The position numbers and the translations under genes are program-made. From positions 1 through 64,000 of the IMG/VR virus record IMGVR_UViG_3300035698_004821: a stretch of DNA of 64,000 nt. One strand, written 5' to 3'. The stretch comes from a virus. This document shows positions 10,050 to 18,953 of this stretch, one piece after another. Every line of letters starts with the position of its first letter. Positions within the stretch are counted from its first letter, which is position 1. Below the pieces are notes generated by a model. It had not been told where the DNA came from, searched no databases, and was given only the letters and a program-made list of their open reading frames with translations.

Positions 10050-13000
10050 ATGTCTAACATAATAGTTAAAAACACTACATCCTTCGCTAGAACCGGACAT
10101 GTCACGGTTGGAGTACCTCTCACGAGGGCCTTTGATCTTAAGTTTGGAGCAGAAGTCCTAGTTGTTAACAACGCCAAGGTAGGTGTTACTAACCTTAAAG
10201 CTCAATGGGACTTTCAGGGTAACCGTTATGATAATGGTGCAGCCAAGTACATTAGAGTCACTTTTGAAGTGGATCTACTGGCTAACGAAGAGAAAACTGT
10301 TGTCCTAACCAGACTTCCTGGTTCTGGTACAGTAACTGAACTAAGCTTTGCACCCAATCTAAATATCTTGGGGGACATAGCAGGCACTGTTATAGAGTTA
10401 AGTATAGAGGGGGTGATACACTCCTTCGATATGTTAGACTTGCTACAAAACTCAAATAGGATTTCGGCAAATGGCAGTAAAGATTACTACCACCGTCAAA
10501 AACTCTTCACCCATATGGCTGCTACGTCTGACAGTAGGCGACGCTATCTGTGGGCAGACATAGTAATAGACATACCTGCGCGTCTAGACCAAGTTAATTT
10601 CTTTATTAGATACGGGTACTTCAGGGACTTCCCTGAGTCAGAGCCCAACAGGCCGGAGCCTGTCTTTAACTTATCCCAGAATATAACCCTAAGAGTCATA
10701 GGCCCCAGAACTAAGATCAGATGGGAAGAGTACAAGGTACCTTCTATACAAACCATCTCCCCCACACACAAGATATACACACTCGTAGATAGAGCCCAAC
10801 CTGGACAAAGTAAATTCGTAGCCGGATCATCTAATGTCTACAAAGGGGTGTTCTGCTACGGAAACAGCACCACAGACTCGGCTGAGCTTGAAGACCCCAT
10901 CCTCGCCATGGCTGAAGACTGGAAGCTAAGTGAACACTACCCCGTCACTGGCGTTATGCCTCCGTACCCTAGTTACGTAACTAGTGAATCAAACGCGTTC
11001 AGTAGGAGTGAGACCTTAAGAGTTGACATGGAGAGTGATGTAAAGAACCCTGCCTACAGAAGCCCGTATAACTGGTCACCTATGGCTAACCGACCTGACA
11101 CCACAGGTACTGGAGATCATGGTGAGAGAGACTATGCATACGGCATGCGGGGCATGCCTTGGATGCGCCCTGTCAACTACAATTGGATCCCTTTCCTAGA
11201 GTTCACCACCAGGCAAGAAGGCCTAAGACACATATTCTACTATGACACAGATGGAGAGCCCATACCTCCTTCTGAGTTCCTAAACACTGGTGTATTAATC
11301 TTCCACTCCCTTCCCTTCCGGACAGGGAGTATTAGAGGGTTTACCCGGGTACCTGCTTCTTCTGATACAGCTAGGCCCGTATTCATCCCAGAGAATATAT
11401 ACGGACCTGACAGACAGCACCACACACTGAAGATAATGATGCTGCAGTCTCTCATGACCATGGACTGGTACGGTCTTGAGTTTGCTAAGATGTCAGTTGT
11501 TAACTGGATCAACAACAACAGAGCGGATACGGGTAACCTCTTCATTAACACATGGGAGGCGTCAAGAGCTGCAGGTAGAACGTATGAGAACGCAGCGTTC
11601 CTGTATGAGGTCACGTATGACCAGAGCCTAAAAGCTTTTGTCGAACAGAACCTTAATAGGAACCTGTACAACGGTGCCGATAACCCCTCTACAGCTAACC
11701 TAAACAAGACTGCATTCCCCGGTGGTGTGGAGGTGCTCAGAAGAGCAACAGACAACGTGCCTTCTATACAAGGTGCAGGCTTAGGCCCGCTTAGGCACTG
11801 GAGGCCATGGGAAGAGTCGGCCGTTGCTCTAGGGTTCTTCTTCCTAGCTAAGGCCTTACTTAGATCTGAGCCTAATAACTCCACTGGACTTAAGATACTA
11901 GAAATAGCCCGAGATGTTTCAGCCTCCCTTGTTATAGGTGGTCTATATGATTGTAGCCCCACGTCTAATAGACGTGTTATTGTGGTAGAGTTCCCCAACT
12001 CGTCACAGAGAGCTGCTTTCCAAACAGCCTTAGGTCCCTTGTCCTACGTCGTCCAGGTCACTGGCCAGACTTCAGGTGCTACAGGTCTTATGTACCTACA
12101 GCATCAAGAGGAGGAAGTGAGTACTAACACCAGGCAAAGGATCTTTGTAACGAACGCTAGCGGAGACTTCCAAATAGGTGAAACTATAATGACATCAGTA
12201 GGCGCCACAGCCCCCATAGTGAGGAAGTGGAACTACCTGGGTCGTAAGTCGTACGCTGAAACGGCCCCCACTAATGGCATCTACAGAGAGCTAACTGAAG
12301 CGGAGCAAGATGAGCTAACATTTAGTAATGTCAACTACCCAGTGTCTCGTTACCCAATGGGGTACTTTAAGTACCATGTACTCTACTATGTCTATAGCAC
12401 TCTAGTCATGGTAGGCCCTGCTGTAGTCAAAGAAGCGGGCAGCTACTATGGTGTTGATGAGGCTGTCGTATCCTCCAAGGCAGACCTTTTGATAGCTGAG
12501 TTCGGCACTGACTATGACAACGGAGACTTCAATGAGGCCACATCTAGGTTCTATGGTTACATTGACCCTAACTTTGGTGGCATCTCGACTAAGTTTGTCT
12601 TACCCGCAGCACTTACTAGTGATAGTACATTGCCAATACCTACCATCGTTGTAGAGACAAACATTATAAACGCACAGGCAGAACCGGTATCTCCCATACC
12701 AACTATAGCTGTGACGCCCACTAGCAAAGTGATAGCCATTGGTACTATAGGCTCAACAGACGTTTCGATAACTGTGCCCAGTATTGACCTCACTGTAACA
12801 CCGTTCGATGCCACACCAAGTGCGGGTGGCACACACCCTGTAGTAGGTGCAACCGTCGCCATAACATTCGATGCCCAAGATGTATTTGATGTAGTAGCCA
12901 TACAGAACATCTCAGCCTTTACGAAAAACACCTTCACAATTATTGGTAAGCCACTCAGCGTCATCAACCCATCCTTTGTACATGAGTCTCAAGGCTTATC

Positions 13001-14390
13001 CCCAGGGAACACTGAGGTCACTGTCTTTAATTACCACAAAGTTGTTGTGCTAAAGACCATTGTTGTGTCTGACATTATCACCAACTACTACCTAAGGAAT
13101 CCAGAGAACCCTGTGCCTGGCTTATTAGGTGAGGCCATTGGACTCAATGGCCAATCTTTAGGCCCACAGGGCTACACCTGGAGCCTCCCAGGTACTACTG
13201 AGTACGAACCCACGCAATATGACGTGTCGAGTCATCAGGCCACCCACCGTATCACCAGAGCGGGTAGAGGCGGGTCTATAAGAAACTGGGCAACAACGGT
13301 AGGTAAGAGCACGGTATCTTGGCTGAAGGCAGAGTCAGCCGTACAGGGCCTTAGAATGGATGAGGTGTATGTCGCCGATGTTGACACCAGCAATGTAACC
13401 TACACACCTAACTTCCTAGGAGCGGTTACATCTTTAGTGGGTAGCCAATACACCTTTGTCTCACCTAACCGACTAGTAGAGTCGGCTCTTGTTGAGGCCG
13501 GACTAGTCTTTGAGTCTTCAGTAACGCCCCTAGAGTATGATGGCTTCGCTTTCGGTGGCTCTGCTTCCGAACCAGCTATAGCTCCGTTCATGAAGATGTA
13601 CCACAATATAGCTGTTGAGACAAAGATACCTGGGGTTACTCAACTAGACTTCTGGTCCTTCCATGTTAATGGCATACCCTCTGGTAATCACAACCTATCC
13701 GCCAACCTCAAGTTGGACATACATCAGATGTTTAACCAGATGGTTATCTATGATGTAGACACACAGACATGGGCAGACGTATCATCCCTCCTTCTCAACC
13801 TAGATCAAGAGATCAGGTTTGGTGTAGATAACACTGTCATACAATCTAAGTTGGTGGGTGCCGATCCTGTCATATTACCTAGTAACTTAACGCAGGGCAG
13901 AGGTGCCATCATCTGCGCTGATACGAGTCAGCCCTTTGTAATGGGTTTTGTAGCTGGGTTATCCTCAGCATCAGACTCCTTGAAGAGTGTGACTCACCTT
14001 ACCTTTGAAAACTTCGCTGTTGATAAGTTTAATCCAGGTGGACACAGAATAGGTATATCCAGTATTGACCACTATAATCCAGGATCAGTTACGTCTGATC
14101 CGAGCAACACCTTTAAGAAGACCAATGGCCCTGTTAAAAAGCCCATATTGGAATATGTAGAGGAAACGAAGCCTACTGCTGATGAAATACTATATAAGGA
14201 GACCTCGTCAGGGAAGTTAATAACATCTTCCCGAGCTCCTGGTTGGGTTGGCAGAAGAATGTACGTAGTATTTGGTGCGTCGTACCAGGAAGTGTTTGAC
14301 GCTATTAGGGCCATTGACATTAAGGCACCTATCAAATCTACTATAGATTCTAATGGTCTTCATGCATATGAACGGCCCGCAATAATATAA
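10050..14390 (+). CDS. 1446-aa virion protein with YetA/PcRGLX (PL26)-like lyase module, Pro/Thr/Val linker and C-terminal beta domain
   Basis: N-terminal VTVGVPL...QW...RYDNGAAKY resembles the PcRGLX/YetA RIFT barrel. DRQH, RAAGRTYENAAFLYEVT and WRPWEES resemble an alpha/alpha toroid. Recognition by eye only. Confidence 0.5.
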   Translation: MSNIIVKNTTSFARTGHVTVGVPLTRAFDLKFGAEVLVVNNAKVGVTNLKAQWDFQGNRYDNGAAKYIRVTFEVDLLANEEKTVVLTRLPGSGTVTELSFAPNLNILGDIAGTVIELSIEGVIHSFDMLDLLQNSNRISANGSKDYYHRQKLFTHMAATSDSRRRYLWADIVIDIPARLDQVNFFIRYGYFRDFPESEPNRPEPVFNLSQNITLRVIGPRTKIRWEEYKVPSIQTISPTHKIYTLVDRAQPGQSKFVAGSSNVYKGVFCYGNSTTDSAELEDPILAMAEDWKLSEHYPVTGVMPPYPSYVTSESNAFSRSETLRVDMESDVKNPAYRSPYNWSPMANRPDTTGTGDHGERDYAYGMRGMPWMRPVNYNWIPFLEFTTRQEGLRHIFYYDTDGEPIPPSEFLNTGVLIFHSLPFRTGSIRGFTRVPASSDTARPVFIPENIYGPDRQHHTLKIMMLQSLMTMDWYGLEFAKMSVVNWINNNRADTGNLFINTWEASRAAGRTYENAAFLYEVTYDQSLKAFVEQNLNRNLYNGADNPSTANLNKTAFPGGVEVLRRATDNVPSIQGAGLGPLRHWRPWEESAVALGFFFLAKALLRSEPNNSTGLKILEIARDVSASLVIGGLYDCSPTSNRRVIVVEFPNSSQRAAFQTALGPLSYVVQVTGQTSGATGLMYLQHQEEEVSTNTRQRIFVTNASGDFQIGETIMTSVGATAPIVRKWNYLGRKSYAETAPTNGIYRELTEAEQDELTFSNVNYPVSRYPMGYFKYHVLYYVYSTLVMVGPAVVKEAGSYYGVDEAVVSSKADLLIAEFGTDYDNGDFNEATSRFYGYIDPNFGGISTKFVLPAALTSDSTLPIPTIVVETNIINAQAEPVSPIPTIAVTPTSKVIAIGTIGSTDVSITVPSIDLTVTPFDATPSAGGTHPVVGATVAITFDAQDVFDVVAIQNISAFTKNTFTIIGKPLSVINPSFVHESQGLSPGNTEVTVFNYHKVVVLKTIVVSDIITNYYLRNPENPVPGLLGEAIGLNGQSLGPQGYTWSLPGTTEYEPTQYDVSSHQATHRITRAGRGGSIRNWATTVGKSTVSWLKAESAVQGLRMDEVYVADVDTSNVTYTPNFLGAVTSLVGSQYTFVSPNRLVESALVEAGLVFESSVTPLEYDGFAFGGSASEPAIAPFMKMYHNIAVETKIPGVTQLDFWSFHVNGIPSGNHNLSANLKLDIHQMFNQMVIYDVDTQTWADVSSLLLNLDQEIRFGVDNTVIQSKLVGADPVILPSNLTQGRGAIICADTSQPFVMGFVAGLSSASDSLKSVTHLTFENFAVDKFNPGGHRIGISSIDHYNPGSVTSDPSNTFKKTNGPVKKPILEYVEETKPTADEILYKETSSGKLITSSRAPGWVGRRMYVVFGASYQEVFDAIRAIDIKAPIKSTIDSNGLHAYERPAII

Positions 14391-14394
14391 GACA

Positions 14395-14568
14395 ATGTCG
14401 AATAAACTAAAGCTTTGTCCGGGATTAACGTGCCGGACGGACCGTGCTACACTGCGCTGGAAACAGTCATGTAGCGAAGCGGTATCACTTTTTGCATCGC
14501 TACCTTTAGTGATACCTACGGGCGGAGAGGGGCTTGACCCCTCCCTGCCTTATTTTCTTGAGAGATAA
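14395..14568 (+). CDS. Possible 57-aa leader-like ORF spanning the structured element
   Basis: ATG 4 nt after the upstream stop and TAA 3 nt before the downstream ATG. Translation: MSNKLKLCPGLTCRTDRATLRWKQSCSEAVSLFASLPLVIPTGGEGLDPSLPYFLER. Below the ORF-track cutoff. Confidence 0.35.
   Translation: MSNKLKLCPGLTCRTDRATLRWKQSCSEAVSLFASLPLVIPTGGEGLDPSLPYFLER
14415..14516 (+). ncRNA. Candidate structured cis-regulatory RNA (three hairpins with alternative pairing)
   Basis: GTCCGG/CCGGAC (14417-38); a long bulged stem 14441-83 capped by CTG-GAAA-CAG; GGTATCACT/AGTGATACC (14481-14516). The loop of the last stem contains TCGCTAC, complementary to GTAGCGA (14471-77). Confidence 0.5.
14520..14559 (+). 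terminator. Intrinsic terminator-like hairpin
   Basis: GGGCGG-A-GAGGGG pairs with CCCCTC-C-CTGCCT around loop CTTGA, followed by TATTTTCTT. Confidence 0.65.
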
Positions 14569-14571
14569 ATA

Positions 14572-15117
14572 ATGCCTAGAAAAAAGAAAGAGACTACAGA
14601 TAGTCAAGATAATGATATAAGCATTTCAGCATCAGTCGGAGATCCGTCTGCCAGCAATACTAAACTGAAGGGAAAAGAAATTTCTCTTAACCAAAAAATT
14701 GAGTCGTTCTTTGGAGTTGGTGATGTTTGGCTCACCCCTGAAAACTACTCAGCTACTGTGCCTGATAACCTCACGACACAGCAGTGGGAGATCCTAACCG
14801 AAGCCCTTAACAGAGGTCACGTTGTAGAGGGTAACATCTACATTGCGCCTATTGACAAGGACCTAGAAGTACTCGAAGAGTACTGGCACCTAGTCAAGAC
14901 GTACGGCATCGACACTAACGATGAGCAGGCAGTCTCAACACTGGCCTGGCGAAAACTATTTAGGAATGGAGTAGACAGAAACTGGACAGCTAAAGAGATA
15001 GCTAACTTCTGTATGGAGAGAGAACAACGTGGCAAGAACAGAGACCGGGTTATGAAGCTCCTGAAAGATACGCATAAGTACAGCAACTGCCCAGACACAC
15101 TACTAGAAAGCAGATAA
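14572..15117 (+). CDS. Hypothetical head-region protein
   Basis: 181-aa ORF with a basic N-terminus. The C-terminal EREQRGKNRDRVMKLL resembles a small helical motif common in genes next to phage MCPs. Confidence 0.65.
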   Translation: MPRKKKETTDSQDNDISISASVGDPSASNTKLKGKEISLNQKIESFFGVGDVWLTPENYSATVPDNLTTQQWEILTEALNRGHVVEGNIYIAPIDKDLEVLEEYWHLVKTYGIDTNDEQAVSTLAWRKLFRNGVDRNWTAKEIANFCMEREQRGKNRDRVMKLLKDTHKYSNCPDTLLESR

Positions 15118-15122
15118 CATAA

Positions 15123-16478
15123 ATGGCTATATCACTACTATCCAGTACTCCGTCCAATGGTGCGACGGATTACTTTATTAATAAGTCAATTGAACTAACG
15201 TTCGATAAGGCTATAGCTGCATCCAGCTTAGATGCCAATGTATTTTCACTAGTAGACATAGCTGCGGGCACTATCCTGCCTGTCACGATCTCACACAGCA
15301 CAGCTTCGACATCTACTGTAGTTCTGTTACCTGGTACAACCTTGAAAGAGGACACCGAGTACAGAGTCATACTTGTAGGCTCGTCTATGGGTCTTGGCTA
15401 CTCTCTCGTCGCTGAAGACCTAGACACTCTCGTAACATCCATCACAGTAGAGTTCTCCACCGGAGATACTGTATACAAGATAGATACGACTGTAGAGAAG
15501 GAAGCAGCTAGTGTGACCTTGGAGGGAGACCTATTTCTACCCACCAATGTCAAGGCCTTAGGCTTTGACTTCGTGATTGAGAAGGTTAGGCCTAAGAATA
15601 ACAAGCACTCTATCCCAGTTGATCTTACCGGTGACAACACCTTAAGGTTCACTTTTTCCAAATCCCTCTACACCGGGTCTGTAGACTTTACAGATTGGGT
15701 GGACATTTCCACCTTCCCCCTATTAAACACAGCTGGGTATCTTGCTAGCGGAGAGACACTAGGGGCCGGAACCATACCCGGCTATACGGTTTCAGTCACC
15801 GGTACAGATCTTTTAGTTGCATTCGACTCTAACCTTCCTAAGAACTTAGGTATCCAAGTAGGGTTGTACGACGCCATCACATCTATTGATGGTGAGTCGT
15901 ATGGAGGTAACATGCAGTACTCCATCAACACAGCGCTTTACCCAGAGATCTACGGGATACAGACAATTAAGAGAGAAGTAAGAGAGGTCTGCGACACATT
16001 CACCGAGGACTACATTGGTGCACTTCTGTTCAAGAACACTATGTGGTCATGGGAGAAGGTTGGCAGATCATTCGACATAAGTAATCCAAGCTTCGCAGCG
16101 AAGCAGTTCATCGTTTACAGCACTATCCTCGATCTCATGGAAGACCGGGAGTACTACAAGTACGTTGTTGCTGGTACTAGACGACAACTCGGAGACCTCA
16201 ACGTCTCCGTGGATAACATCATAGGAAGAATAGCCATGAAGGTGGCTAAGTATCAGAAGGCTAAAGAAAACGCCTTTGAATCATTAGTAGGTGGATGGCA
16301 GTTCAGGGTCGGAGGCAATCAGCTAGGGTACACGGAGATAGCTAATACTATCAACAGGCTCTGGTATAACGTCAACGGCAGATACACGGACAGCAGATTC
16401 AGCTACAAGCAGGACCGGGTTCCTGCGTCTAACATCGCATCAAACAGAGGCGCTAGAACAAACAACCCTATTTGGTAA
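15123..16478 (+). CDS. Head-tail adaptor fused to N-terminal Ig-like (Big_5-type) domains
   Basis: SSTPSNGATD...IELTFDKAI...LKEDTEYRV is an Ig-like signature. The C-terminal helical domain with RRQLGDLNVS is adaptor-like. Neck position. Confidence 0.65.
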   Translation: MAISLLSSTPSNGATDYFINKSIELTFDKAIAASSLDANVFSLVDIAAGTILPVTISHSTASTSTVVLLPGTTLKEDTEYRVILVGSSMGLGYSLVAEDLDTLVTSITVEFSTGDTVYKIDTTVEKEAASVTLEGDLFLPTNVKALGFDFVIEKVRPKNNKHSIPVDLTGDNTLRFTFSKSLYTGSVDFTDWVDISTFPLLNTAGYLASGETLGAGTIPGYTVSVTGTDLLVAFDSNLPKNLGIQVGLYDAITSIDGESYGGNMQYSINTALYPEIYGIQTIKREVREVCDTFTEDYIGALLFKNTMWSWEKVGRSFDISNPSFAAKQFIVYSTILDLMEDREYYKYVVAGTRRQLGDLNVSVDNIIGRIAMKVAKYQKAKENAFESLVGGWQFRVGGNQLGYTEIANTINRLWYNVNGRYTDSRFSYKQDRVPASNIASNRGARTNNPIW

Positions 16479-16485
16479 ATAAGAA

Positions 16486-16920
16486 ATGGCAAACATAATT
16501 TATACAAGTTACCTGCAGCACCTGCTAAGTGGAACGATAGATGTTACATCTGACCCAATCTACGCTATGCTACTGTCTGGTACCTATACACCTAACACTG
16601 GGCACTCCCTAGTGGCAGACATCACAGCCTATGAAGTTGTGGATACAGCTGTCTCCCCTATATATGAACAAGGCGGACTAGAGCTGACAAATAAGACAGT
16701 ATCAGTAGTCGCCGGTGAGGTTGTCTTTGATGCCGCTGACGTGTCATGGTCACCCTCGACGATCACCGCATCTGGCATAGCACTGTGGACCTCTGGGGCT
16801 TCAGCTGCAGATCACCATCTTCTAAGTTGGACAGAACTAGGAAACACATCTAGTACGAATGGTACCTTCCAGGTTGTATGGTCACCCAGCGACGGCGTCT
16901 TTAAAGTTGGAGTAAGTTAA
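16486..16920 (+). CDS. Small beta-sandwich virion (fibre/neck appendage) protein, paralogue 1
   Basis: MAN.IY...HLLSG.ID...I..ML.SGTY...H...DI..E...Y..GG..L pattern shared with the next gene. Confidence 0.65.
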   Translation: MANIIYTSYLQHLLSGTIDVTSDPIYAMLLSGTYTPNTGHSLVADITAYEVVDTAVSPIYEQGGLELTNKTVSVVAGEVVFDAADVSWSPSTITASGIALWTSGASAADHHLLSWTELGNTSSTNGTFQVVWSPSDGVFKVGVS

Positions 16921-17336
16921 TGGCAAATCAAGTATACAATAGTTTTAAAATGCATCTTCTTAGTGGCGATGTAAACCTAGAAACAGCGAACATCTGGATG
17001 GCTCTGACAAGTGGAACCTATACGTTCTCACAGACCCACGAAGTAATAGGTGATATTTCAGAAGAAATTATATCCGCAGGCTATGACGTAGGCGGTCAGT
17101 TAATACCTAGTACATCCCTTACTACAGGTACGACAACAACTGAGGGCCAACTAACGGGACATGGAATGACATATAGTGGTTTAACATCTATTGTAGAGTT
17201 TGGTATTATTTGGGTCTCAGGGGGAACAGATACTACTAACTACCTACTTGGGCAGGTTGATTTTGGTAGTCAAACTCTGACCAGCTCGGACCTAGTCATT
17301 ACCTGGAACACGGACGGCATTTACAACCTTACCTAA
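16920..17336 (+). CDS. Small beta-sandwich virion protein, paralogue 2
   Basis: End-to-end similarity to 16486..16920; TAATG-coupled. Confidence 0.65.
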   Translation: MANQVYNSFKMHLLSGDVNLETANIWMALTSGTYTFSQTHEVIGDISEEIISAGYDVGGQLIPSTSLTTGTTTTEGQLTGHGMTYSGLTSIVEFGIIWVSGGTDTTNYLLGQVDFGSQTLTSSDLVITWNTDGIYNLT

Positions 17337-17896
17337 TGTTACCTGATCTAAGAGAAGTTATCGACTCCCTCTCGGGGAGATCCAATAAGCTCTTCCCTAA
17401 CGGGAAGGAGGCTATTGGTTTTCAATGGTTTGGTTTACGCCAGCCTGATTTCGGTAAGAAGTGTGGATGCACGCCCTTAGAGGGTACGTCTGAAAATCAT
17501 ACGTGTACCCGGTGCCTAAACACCGGCTACCTGTTTACAGACTACTTGGTTAAGGGTTACTTCTGGATAGGTGTATTAGGTTCTGAGTTCGGTGCTGCCC
17601 CAGGCATCCTATCGACACAACAAAAGAACATAGTGGTAGAACATAACAGACCTATCAATAAGTTCGACTTTGTACTTGAGATAGACAAGGACCCCGATAC
17701 AGGCGTCCCTAGACAGCCGTTTGCTATAACTAAGTACTTACGTGTACAAGATAGTGTTGCCCTTAAGGGTGACTCAGCTAAGACAGAGTTCTGGAAATGC
17801 TCCCTAGAAGAAAGGAACATAGAAGACGGCCGACCACAGGGTGGCGGCACCGGATTCAACTACCAGGGTAATAGGTCTAACATTGAGCCTCAGTGA
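17336..17896 (+). CDS. Head closure/neck protein with Zn-binding motif
   Basis: CGC...CTRCLNTGY motif and neck synteny. Confidence 0.6.
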   Translation: MLPDLREVIDSLSGRSNKLFPNGKEAIGFQWFGLRQPDFGKKCGCTPLEGTSENHTCTRCLNTGYLFTDYLVKGYFWIGVLGSEFGAAPGILSTQQKNIVVEHNRPINKFDFVLEIDKDPDTGVPRQPFAITKYLRVQDSVALKGDSAKTEFWKCSLEERNIEDGRPQGGGTGFNYQGNRSNIEPQ

Positions 17897-18938
17897 CGAT
17901 CAGCTACCTAACTTCGGAGATAGGTACCTTCAGTATTTCAACCCTGAGCGTCAACAGTTTGAGCTGAGGCGCAAGACAACCCATGAAGGCTCCCTTGGTA
18001 TATCCCAAGCTATGGAGCTGGCACAGAGACTAATGCGTAAGCATCAGCTCTCCTACGTACCCAACAAGACGGACAAGAGACTCATACTCTTGCCGTTCGC
18101 GTTCATAGAACCACAAAAGGGTCAGAAGATCATTAACACCACGACTAAAGAGGTGTACACTATTGATCAGATTATAAAGAACCCTAACACTAACCAGTGG
18201 AACGGATTGGTCAAGCTAGACTTGATCAACGCACCTTCCATAGAGGCAAGGCACTCCTTACAGTACTTAGACTCAGACAACTACATAAAGTTCGACCATG
18301 AGTTCCCTGACGTTCTGTTAAATGTTCCAAGAGCAAATTTAGAGGGTGAGTTGAAAAACTTACCGCCTATAGTACCAACGATTACCTGGTCCCTCAAGAC
18401 CGTAGAGCCTGGAGGGATAGGTAAGGCCTTTGACAGCAGAAAAGAACTAAAACCAAGACTTAGGGAGTCAACTAAAGACCCTTATGTTAGCGGCCACACA
18501 GTTGAGATCTGGGGTCAGTGGTTTGATAATATTGTTCAGTTCGATGCATGGACCTCTGGGTTTAAAGCCTCAGAACGTCTCTTGTCCTGGATGGAGCAAT
18601 TCCTAAAGCTGTATACAGGGTATCTGAGAGAGCAAGGAGTCAACCAAATGTTTTTCTGGAGGCGTCATGAAGACACTCAGCTTAGCAGTTGGAGGCAACA
18701 AATGCCCGTCAAAAGTACCCAGTTTTACTTTCGTACCGAAGAGATAGAAGCAGTATATCAAAGAGATATACTCAAGATAGATGTGTCAATCGGAACTGAA
18801 GGCGTTCTACCCTACAATGATAAGTACCGTTATATTGCAGGGCAGAGAGTTTCAGGGGCTTATACCCCTGACGAGTACCGAGCGCTATTCTATAGATCTG
18901 GTGAATATTTGTTTGGAGACTTAGATATTCGCCAATAA
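17883..18938 (+). CDS. Tail completion/terminator-like neck protein (start uncertain: TTG 17883 or GTG 17841)
   Basis: Directly upstream of the sheath. Segment WGQWFDNIVQFDAW...ERLLSWMEQFL. Confidence 0.55.
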   Translation: MSLSDDQLPNFGDRYLQYFNPERQQFELRRKTTHEGSLGISQAMELAQRLMRKHQLSYVPNKTDKRLILLPFAFIEPQKGQKIINTTTKEVYTIDQIIKNPNTNQWNGLVKLDLINAPSIEARHSLQYLDSDNYIKFDHEFPDVLLNVPRANLEGELKNLPPIVPTITWSLKTVEPGGIGKAFDSRKELKPRLRESTKDPYVSGHTVEIWGQWFDNIVQFDAWTSGFKASERLLSWMEQFLKLYTGYLREQGVNQMFFWRRHEDTQLSSWRQQMPVKSTQFYFRTEEIEAVYQRDILKIDVSIGTEGVLPYNDKYRYIAGQRVSGAYTPDEYRALFYRSGEYLFGDLDIRQ

Positions 18939-18953
18939 TGGAGATAAAATACA

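Noticed and set aside
9950-10050. Frameshift or readthrough fusing MCP to the 1446-aa protein
   Set aside because: The frame of the 10050 gene is blocked by TAG at 9972, the MCP frame has TGA soon after its TAA, and a terminator intervenes.
14400-14560. tRNA, known riboswitch or known self-cleaving ribozyme in the structured gap
   Set aside because: I could not match a cloverleaf or the conserved cores of hammerhead, twister, HDV-like, TPP, cobalamin or guanidine motifs. It is kept as an unassigned structured element.
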